Of a DNA stretch of 64,000 nt, positions 55,231 through 64,000 are shown in pieces. The stretch comes from Octopus vulgaris. Its lineage: Eukaryota. The position numbers and the translations under genes are program-made. Where the stretch lies: contig OX597823.1 in NCBI GenBank assembly GCA_951406725.2, forward strand, positions 61,690,001 through 61,754,000, in the 5' to 3' direction. How positions within the stretch are numbered: position 1 is the stretch's first letter; the number at the start of each line of letters is the position of its first letter. Under the pieces are notes generated by a model. It worked only from the letters and a program-made list of their open reading frames with translations. It ran no database searches and was not told where the DNA came from.

Positions 55231-55870
55231 ATTGCATTTCAATCTACCCAGATATTAGTCGTAACACAAGGGATGGATGCCTTTTGTCAAAGAAGAATTA
55301 TCTTTTCTGCTACAATCTTAACGATTTGTTTAATTTATTTTAATGCGTATGTAATCTATACCTCATGTAACACATATATTTGGTGACCTAGTATTAAAAA
55401 TAATAAAGAAAACAAAGTCAAAATGTCTATTTATTTCACATAATTTCAAAATTTCAAGTGCGTTGCAGAGCCTAAAGATACGAATTTTAGAGCTTGAGAT
55501 TTTAACACTTTTGTTTTTAAAGGATTTCGCAAAAGAAAATCGATTTGTATCAATGAATGTAAAAAACTAAAATGGAGAATGGCAAACGAGTTATAAATTA
55601 ATTTTTCACTCATTATTAAAAATTTTATGTGGGCTGCGGAGCCTGAAGATGTAAATTTAAGAACTTCAGATTTTAACACAGTTGTTTTTAAAGGATTTCA
55701 CTATACAAAATATATCCTTAAAAACATATTTCAAAAACTCTGGGTAAAAAGTACCTTTTTCGCTCCACCCTAATATACATATATATCATCATCATATAAT
55801 ATATATATATATATATATAGACGGACAGACAGATAGAGAGATAGCTAGATAGATAGATAAATATATACAT

Positions 55871-55920
<50 letters not shown>

Positions 55921-55980
55921 GAAATATTAAAATTACTAAGTCTCTCTAAAAGAGAACAACGGCAGCGTTCCCGGAAAATA

Positions 55981-56268
55981 ATAGTTATCGCCATACTAAT
56001 ATGGCATTCTTATAAAAATAAGAATAAAGCTGTCCGCTTATTAGCTCCATGAGGCCATCGCCTTAAGTTAGCTATTTGATACACAAACTGTATCCATATA
56101 ACCTTCGAACAAGTAGTGTGGAGCGACTGACCTCCCTTGTTCGAAGGTTATATGGATACAGTTTGTGTATCAAATAGCTAACTTAAGGCGACGGCCTCAT
56201 GGAGCTAATAAGCGGACAGCTTTATTCTTATTTTTATAAGAATGCCATATTAGTATGGCGATAACTAT
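55981..56268. repeat. 133-bp near-perfect inverted repeat with 22-nt loop
   Basis: 55981-56113 is the reverse complement of 56136-56268 with one mismatch seen. The insert is flanked by (TA)n. Confidence 0.92.
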
Positions 56269-56930
56269 ATATATATATATACACATACATATAGATATAT
56301 AAATATATATAAGCACACAAATGAACCCACACATACCTCTCATACACACACAGCACACACTCATACATACACGCACACAATTATACATACATGTACACAC
56401 ACATATGCACATATAAACACACACGCACACATACACAAAGTAAAGTACAGTTACTCCCCCCACACACAACCCCTATGCATACGCACATACACACACGAAC
56501 ACACACATACATACACACACAGTGCAAGCAAAACACACACACACTACATATACATACACTCACACACACATGCTTCAAACTACCAGTACCTTCTACTGAC
56601 CATTCTCTTACACACATGTATAGGTAAATACACAACAAGCAGCCATATAAAAGTAAAAATAAACATATAACAAAAAAATGATATATGCATATTGATTTAC
56701 AGATATTTTGTTGGATGGCCGTTGACCGTTCAGGAGTTCCTCCACCTTTGACGGGTCGTATTTTTCATCCCACAGGGTGTCCAACAGCACCCTCCTCACC
56801 AAGCAAGCATGGTGGGGTTGCCAGTTTAGTTACTGATGACCCGGCCATGCGACAGGTTGTACTGGATTACATGTTACCAGTAGCACTCAAGAGCAACCTG
56901 ACATAATTATATATATATACATATATATGC

Positions 56931-56964
<34 letters not shown>

Positions 56965-56977
56965 ATATACATATGTA

Positions 56978-57021
<44 letters not shown>

Positions 57022-57134
57022 CACACACACACGCATATATATATATAAACAATGGTGATGATGATGATAATATACACACACATACATATATAAGGATCCA
57101 ACCTGCCACCCACCCGCATAGTGTTGCCATCTAA

Positions 57135-57630
57135 GCAATGTGCACATGGAAAGTTGTGTTATTGCTCATGTGGATTCCCAGGTCATGCACTGACTCTAAC
57201 TCTGGGATTACATTGCCTACTGGTCCTGAGTGCTTCAGCTATAGTTTCTTTGTGGGCTGATAGAGGAGTGCTAGAAATTTTGCACCATTGAACTGCACAT
57301 TATTCTCATCAGCCCATTTATATATTGTGTTCAGGTCATTCTGCAGTCTTAAGATGTCAGCAGGATCCATAACCGCCTGCAGTACATTTGTATCTTCGAC
57401 GTAGCTGGTGAGTGTGGCTGACTCTGTGGCTGAGAGCATGTCTGAGAAAGCAACCACAAACAGTAGTGGTCCCAGCACTGATCCTTGGGGGACTCCACTG
57501 TGGATTGGTATCGCTTCAGAGAGCACCATTTGCTGTGACAGCCTGACTTCTGCCCTTCAGAAAACCATGCAGCCACTCTCCCAGTCTACCAGCAATACCG
57601 AGGTCATGCAATTTGTGACATATCATCCCA
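57135..57630 (-). mobile_element. CR1-like LINE RT fragment
   Basis: [25 protein letters not shown] and SGVPQGSVLGPLLF...LQNDLNTIYKWADENNVQFN..KF, frameshifted. Confidence 0.88.
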
Positions 57631-57716
57631 AGATATATACATACACACACACACATACATATATATGTATACATATATATACATATACACACACACATAT
57701 ATATACATATATATAA

Positions 57717-57761
<45 letters not shown>

Positions 57762-57764
<3 letters not shown>

Positions 57765-58385
57765 GGGAGAGTGTTACTGACGTTTATTATCCCAGGAAGA
57801 CATCTCTTCCAACTGGCTAACAACACATATTCTGCATCCGATTAGAATTTATGAGGGAGGTCATTGCTCCAATCTCTAGCTTTACATGATACACACAGAC
57901 TTGAGTTTCTAGGTGGTTATCCATCCTCAGCATGTGTTAATCACAAGCTAGTGATGAAAATTATATGTTATGATTCCATATTGCTACTGTTTATATCTCT
58001 CTCAGAGATTTAATATAGTTTATTTCTCCTATTTCGAGATCAGTGACAGTTTGTTGTGGGGGAAAAAGCAAATAGCATTTTGTGAGTGGTATGAGCCTTC
58101 ATCACTAGCTGGTGATTAACACATGCTGAGGATGAGTAACCACCCAGAAACTCGAGTCTGTGTGTATCACATAAGTCTAGAGATGGGAACGATGACTTCC
58201 CCTCGCAAATATTAATCAGATACAGAATGTGTGTCGTTAGCCAGCTGGAATAGATGTCTTCCTGGGGCTATAAACATCAGTAGTACTGTCCTGTATGGGA
58301 TGCCACACTTGATTGGCAATTATATGCTACAATTCCGTATTGCTGCTGTTCGTATCTCACTCAGAGATTTAGTATAGTTATATAT
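57762..58385. mobile_element. PLE-type inverted terminal-repeat insertion in (TA)n with two hammerhead motifs
   Basis: Diverged inverted arms of about 200 bp (57762-57959 and about 58098-58295), plus a direct repeat (57960-58020 vs 58320-58380). Motif CTGAGGA...GAAA-ctcgag-TC at 58121-58163 (+), with a decayed copy at 57893-57935 (-). Confidence 0.7.
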
Positions 58386-58442
58386 TATATATGTACATAT
58401 ATATATATATGCATTTATATATATAAATGTATATATATATAT

Positions 58443-58493
<51 letters not shown>

Positions 58494-59048
58494 GTGTGTA
58501 CATATATATATATATATATATATAATATATATATATATCTGTGTGTCTTTGTTCTGTTTGCCAGCCAAAACTCTACTAGGTGTGTTTACATCCCTGTAAC
58601 TTTGCAGTTCTGTAAAAGAAACAGAGAGAATAAGTACCAGGCTTTAAAAAAAGGTCCTGGGGTCTACTCATTCAACTAAAATTTCTTCAAGACAGTGCTC
58701 CAGCATGGCAACTGTCTGATGACCGAAACAAGTGAAAGACAAAGGATAAAGAAAATGACTGACGGAGAGAAGAAAAATGAAAGCAAATTAGATAAAAGCT
58801 TAAGATAAACAATTTATGGAAGTTAAAATATAATTAAAGTTCAGAGCAGGTGTGATAGATTGTGAGGTATGAACTTAACAAGAGGATTTAAATGATAGAG
58901 TGGTAAAATACAAAACAAGATTTGATTTGAGCACTTCCTGTGTTGTCAGTTAAACTCCAACAACTAGATTGTTTCGCACAAACTCATCTGTCATCACAAA
59001 CTAAATAATCCACTGAAGTCACCAGAAGAATTTTGCTGTTGATGATGC

Positions 59049-59080
<32 letters not shown>

Positions 59081-59499
59081 GTGCTGTTGTTATCATATTT
59101 TATTGTTTAGTTTCAAATCAGCTGAAGTCAGATGGTTTAATGACCAAAGCTAGGCAAACTGTCAGAATAGTTGTACCATATGAGTTGGAATTTTTCAGTT
59201 TTGGTCAGAATATGATTAACAAGCAGTTTGCCGTAAGTAAAAAATGTGAAAGTAAATCCTCCAAACTACTGGAAGTACGACAGACAATTATCCTTTATTA
59301 CTAGTCCTGAATCCAGATAAAAAAAAGTCACAGGTACAAAAGTCACAAGAAAAAAGTCATGCTAATAAAGTCACAGGAAAAAACTCACAGAGATTTTGTC
59401 CAATAGGGTTTTGTCCGAGAGGATTTTGTCCTAGGGGTGTTTTGTGCAGATATCATAAATTAATTGTAACTTTATTACTGACTTTATTACCGGTCACAC

Positions 59500-59760
59500 T
59501 AATCCCACATTGTCAGCTTTCTTCTTGGTAAGCATCCATCGCTCTTCTATAGTCTGTATTATAGATAGTGCCATCGTTTACATCAACAAAATAGATAGAA
59601 TGGTTGACAACTTCATGAATATAGAAATTGTCAAGACCCACATATGAAGCCCTTCCATTGGATATCAAACATATTCCTGGAAATACCCAATGCCTTATAA
59701 TCAGCCAAAGTGTTTTGCACATACAATCAAGGACAAAGTTCTTTATGTTTGTATCTTACG
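59500..59760 (-). mobile_element. Merlin/IS1595-like transposase fossil
   Basis: TLWLIIRHWVFPG...ISNGRASY..L...YIHEVVNHSIYFVD..DG then, after a frameshift, QTIEERW. Matches the IS1595/Merlin H..VNHS..FVD...G.HTQ.IE..W motif. Confidence 0.75.
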
Positions 59761-61857
59761 TTTTTATATCCAGGACAATTTACTCCAGTAAAGTTCATGT
59801 TAGCCTGAGATTTTTCCAGTTTATTATTTATTATCCATCAAACATTTCAAAGCAATACAGTGGGAGCCTTTGTTTTTCATTTAATTCATAATCTTTTTAA
59901 ACCTCTGCCTTAAACCTTACCTCATTGTGCCTTTAGTACAACAACCACAACTGAATTTTTTTTTCCTTTTTTGTCATTTTATTGTATTCCATATTCTGAA
60001 ACATTTGTAATTCACATTTAAAAAAACAATCTTAATCTCTACTGCTTCCTTCATCATACATTTCACAATTATACATTATAATTTTGAAAAGGATAATTTT
60101 GGTCACTTAAAATGTAGAAACGATATTTTTTAACTGAAGAAGTATATAATGGAACCAAAACAATCTTGTTTTCCCTCTCTGTCGAGGTAACAGTCTGTTG
60201 CTATACCTTGTCCTAAGTAAAATAGTTGAAAGTCGGACATAATGAGGAATTTTTACTGCAATTTTGACTCTGGGACAAATATATTTGTTTTAAATGTTCA
60301 TTACCTTGCAAAAACTAGATCAGCTTAGCAAATGGCCTTCTCTAAATGAATTAAAAACATTTGAACATGATCTGATCCCTTCAGAAATTATCACTGTTCT
60401 TTTTGAGCCTATAAAAGACAAATTTAGACTGGGGCAAAATGAGTAAAACCAGATAAGGTAAATTTGCTGCTTCACTTCTCCAGAAAACAGATTTATACAT
60501 ATCAATCAATATTCATCCCTAGATATAAGAAAGATCAGAAATACAAAAATAAAAAAAAGATTTAAATATCTAGGTCTAATGGAAAAGGGTTAGGGAAAAT
60601 GGCACATAATATGAAATTAATGATATTCAACCAAATAAAAAAACTTAACATAAAATATTCTCTATAGTTTCTTCGCAATCTTCTGGAGTGTCTCTCTTCA
60701 TGATATATTTACACACCATGTAGTTAAAGAGAAGAAATTACTGGAATTAGACATTACTCATTTTACCCCATTTTAGACATCCTATTTTGAAACATGAAAA
60801 TTATCAAATTAGACATTAGTGTGGGGGGAAAAATTGACTTTGAATCCAACAATGAACATGATATTGGTTGTTAAATACCAATAATTATCCAGATATTTTC
60901 TAGTAACCTTAATTACAATTGGGTCAAAGTTTAAGGAAAAGTTTCTTGAAAAACAAGTACCTGTCACCTGTTTTGGACTCTCTCAACTTCAACAACTATG
61001 CTGACCAATATTTACTCCCAAAGATGATGCAACAGTACAAAATAATTAAGCAATACTTGCAATGTAATTATTGTAAAGAGGTAGGGAGAAAATAATGAGA
61101 AATCAGAGATTACTCATTTTACCCTGGTTACTAATTTTGTCCCCAGCCCACCCCCTTTTTCTTTCTATATTTTGCTTCATGTGAAGAGATGAAAAAAATG
61201 GTTTGTAAGTTTAAATTTGATAGGAATTATGCCAATGTAAATCAGGTAAGTGTTAATATATTCCTGATCTCTTAATCTAATGTTTGCATTGTATAGAAAA
61301 AAGTTGTTTTTTTTATAACATGACATGTACAAAACAATCAATGAAAAATAAAAATGAAGACAAAAAAATTTATTTAAATCATGGAAAGTTTGGTGAAGTG
61401 GAAGGGAGGAAGACTGGGCAGGGAGGAATTTTTTAAAAATTACAAATTTTTCAGAATGTGAAATACAATAAAATGACAAAAGATAAAATAAAAATCATTA
61501 TGGTGATTTTTTAGTGGTGGTTGCCCTTCCAAAGGCATGATGGTATGAAGGTGAAGCAATGTTTGGAATAAACTGATTCGAATTTTCTTTTGCTTGCACT
61601 ACAAATGCAGATTATATGTATTTCAGAATATGGAATACTATAACATAAAGAGAAAGAAAATTGGCTCAATATTTCCCACTGTCTAAAGTAAACCAAATAT
61701 CAAGACTTGGTTGGTGGTGCCATTGACAAGGGACAGCACATGGCCTTATTCCCAATTGAAGTCAGCTGCCACAGTTTTCCAATGGGCACTATTTGTGTCT
61801 TTCTGGTGAGTAGCAGTAGAAGTAAAACGAAATTAACTCCAACCAGGAATTTTTTTC

Positions 61858-62070
61858 TTTTCTACTTTAGGCACAAGGCCCAGAATTTTGGGGGAGGGGG
61901 CCAGTCGATTAGATCGACTCCAGTATACAACTGGTACTTAATTTATAAACCCCAAAAGGATGAAAGGCAAAGTTGACCTCGGTGGAATTTGAACTCAGAA
62001 CATGAAATCAGACGAAAAACCGCGAAGCATTTCCTCCAGCCTGCTAACATTTCTGCCAGCTCACCGCCTT
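61858..62070 (-). mobile_element. SINE family B
   Basis: Flanked by the duplicated sequence actccaaccaggaatt. Confidence 0.85.
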
Positions 62071-62734
62071 ACTCCAACCAGGAATTGAAAATAAGAACTA
62101 CATATTCCTTTTTGAAAACAAGGCAGACTGAAGAAATCAACAACTTCGACATTCAACCAGTAAGTAGTGCAGCCAGTGAGAGGCTATGGGGTCGATTTTA
62201 GGCCTGTTGTATAAGCCTGTACCAGTCAGGTGGCTATAGCAGGGTTGGGGGCAGCAAACTGAAATGCTGCCTTGGGTGGACACACACTCAAACTATGCCA
62301 CAGCATTCACATGATGTACCACATGCTATGGGGTGCCATCAGGGCTGTTTAAGCAGCATTATAGGTCCCTGTGCAAATCTATACTTTAAGCCTGATTGTA
62401 TATATTTATTAACAGTAACTACAACATACATAGATCAAAATTAGGTCCCTTGACTTGTAAGGTATCTGAGCAAATGCCCAATGTGCCAATGCCTTAAGAT
62501 GGCACTAGGTGGTATGCTACATCTTTTACTTGTTTTAGTCATTAGACTGTGACTATGCTGGTGTATCACCTTCAAGAGTTTTTAGTGAACTGAATGGACC
62601 CCAGTCCTTTCTGTTTTAAGCCTGGAATTTTTTCTATCAGTCTCCAATTTATGGGGACATAAACACACTAAAGTCGGTTGCCAAGTGGTGGAGCAGGGAG
62701 ACAAACACAGACACAAAGAAACACATATATATAT

Positions 62735-62853
62735 GCTTACGGCCATATCATGTTGAAAGCACCGGTTCTCGTCCGATCACTGAAGTTAAGCATCATCGAG
62801 CCGAGTTAGTACTTAGATGGATGACCACTTGGGAAACCTAGGTGCTGTAAGCA
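62735..62853 (+). pseudogene. Full-length 5S rRNA copy (dispersed, probable pseudogene or SINE head)
   Basis: 119 nt, GCTTACGGCCATATCATGTTGAAAGCACCGGTTCTCGTCCGATCAC...GAAGTTAAGC...AGTACTT...GGTGCTGTAAGCA. The termini pair (gcttac/gtaagc). Several substitutions relative to the metazoan 5S consensus and no oligo-T terminator. Confidence 0.9.
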
Positions 62854-62856
62854 ATG

Positions 62857-63089
62857 AAGGCGGTGAGCTGGCAGAAACGTTAGCACGTCGGGCGAAATGC
62901 ATAGCCGTATTTCGTCCGCTGTTACGTTGTGAGTTCAAATTCCACCAAGGTCGACTTTGCCTTTCATCCTTTCAGGGTTGATAAATAAAGTACCAGTTAC
63001 GCACTGGGGTCGATGTAATCGACTTAATCCCTTTGTCTGTCCTTGTTTGTCCCCTGTATGTTTAACCTTTTGTGGGCAGTAAAGAAATA
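62857..63089 (+). mobile_element. SINE family B directly downstream of the 5S copy
   Basis: Full-length, low-divergence copy beginning 3 nt after the 5S 3' end. Confidence 0.88.
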
Positions 63090-63303
63090 TATATATATTT
63101 AATTAGAGGATATGTTAACCTCATGAAGAGATGGTTGCATCCAAGGAAATACTAGTTCAATACCTAGTATTGTTGTGAAATGAAATTCACTTCAAACAGT
63201 TTATATCTAGTTAAAAGAAGAAAGGAAATAAGGAGTTTAACAACTATTTATTGCTAGCAGAGATACCTGGCGTTGCTTGGGATTAAAACGGCATAGTTTC
63301 TTA

Positions 63304-64000
63304 CAGTTCTATATTAAAGAGATGAGGAATTTTGTACATTATTTACATCATTTATATTAGACGGATATTTGTCCTCATCTTGTTTGTTGTTAACACAACG
63401 TTTCAGCTGATATACCCTCCAGCTTTCATCAGGTGTCTTGGAGAAATTTTGTACCTGGATTCTCATTCCTAAGGTATTATTATTATCATTATAATTATTA
63501 TTGTTGTTCAGGTCACTACTTGGAATCGAACTCGGAATCTTGTGGTTAGTAGCCTGCACTCTTAACCACTATGCCATATACCCATGGGCAATTATGGAGT
63601 GAATTTTAGGGCTTATAAATTTAATATTCCCATCCCATGAAGCTGTGGTAGGTTATACAAAGGTGAAACATGCCGTCCCCTCAAAATAAGGGTAGATGAA
63701 CATCGCAAAGATGTGACACAAGGAGATATTGATAAATCAGATATAGCTGATCATGTATGGAAAAATGCAGATCACCTCCCACTGTGGGATGAAGTTAGAA
63801 TAATAGACAGAGAACACCACTGGAAAATACGAAAACTAAAAGAAGCAGCACATATGCTAGGACACAACAACCGCCTAAGCAGACCAAGTACAGATATGAG
63901 CTGTATATGGGAACCGGTATTAAGAAAAGATAGAAAAATATTAGATTTATAAGCCCTAAAATTCACTCCATAATTGCCCACGGGCATATGGCATAGTGGT
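63304..64000 (+). mobile_element. Penelope-like retroelement 3' fragment: C-terminal GIY-YIG endonuclease plus inverted terminal repeat
   Basis: 63632-63952 reads IP*SCGRLYKGETCRPLKIRVDEHRK...SDIADHVW...W..V.IIDRE.HW..RKLKEA, a PLE-type GIY-YIG domain. 63937-64000 is the reverse complement of about 63565-63628, the truncated-plus-inverted PLE layout. Confidence 0.88.
63393..63436 (-). ncRNA. Minimal type I hammerhead ribozyme motif
   Basis: acac-CTGATGA-a-agctg(loop)cagct-GAAA-cg-TT-gtgt. Core boxes intact, stem I 4 bp, stem II 5 bp, palindromic minimal stem III (ACGT). Confidence 0.7.

Noticed and set aside
60294-60446. 50-codon open frame MFITLQKLDQLSKWPSLNELK...
   Set aside because: Short, with no recognisable homology and no convincing exon boundaries.

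Overview
AT-rich eukaryotic (animal) genomic DNA, saturated with microsatellites and transposon remnants. The repeat landscape suggests an octopus/cephalopod (inference). The only host gene I can support is EFHC1 (Rib72/myoclonin-1, DM10-domain ciliary microtubule inner protein) on the minus strand. Four in-frame exons lie at 21574-21795, 15401-15551, 8403-8539 and 7908-8135. The first coding exon was not found, and the downstream exons appear to lie left of the window. The rest is tRNA-derived SINEs of at least three families, RTE and CR1-like LINE fragments, mariner/maT/Merlin/hAT/Helitron fossils and many Penelope-like element (PLE) fragments. Most notable: (i) a PLE whose terminal repeat carries a tRNA-like A/B-box module upstream of a minimal hammerhead ribozyme; (ii) about eight hammerhead-like motifs, one core-intact on the EFHC1 sense strand; (iii) a full-length 5S rRNA copy fused to a SINE; (iv) several near-perfect fold-back inserts embedded in (TA)n; (v) two tandem arrays grown from RTE 3' UTRs. 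Almost all ORFs in the supplied track are microsatellite artefacts. Repeat boundaries were read by eye and are approximate.
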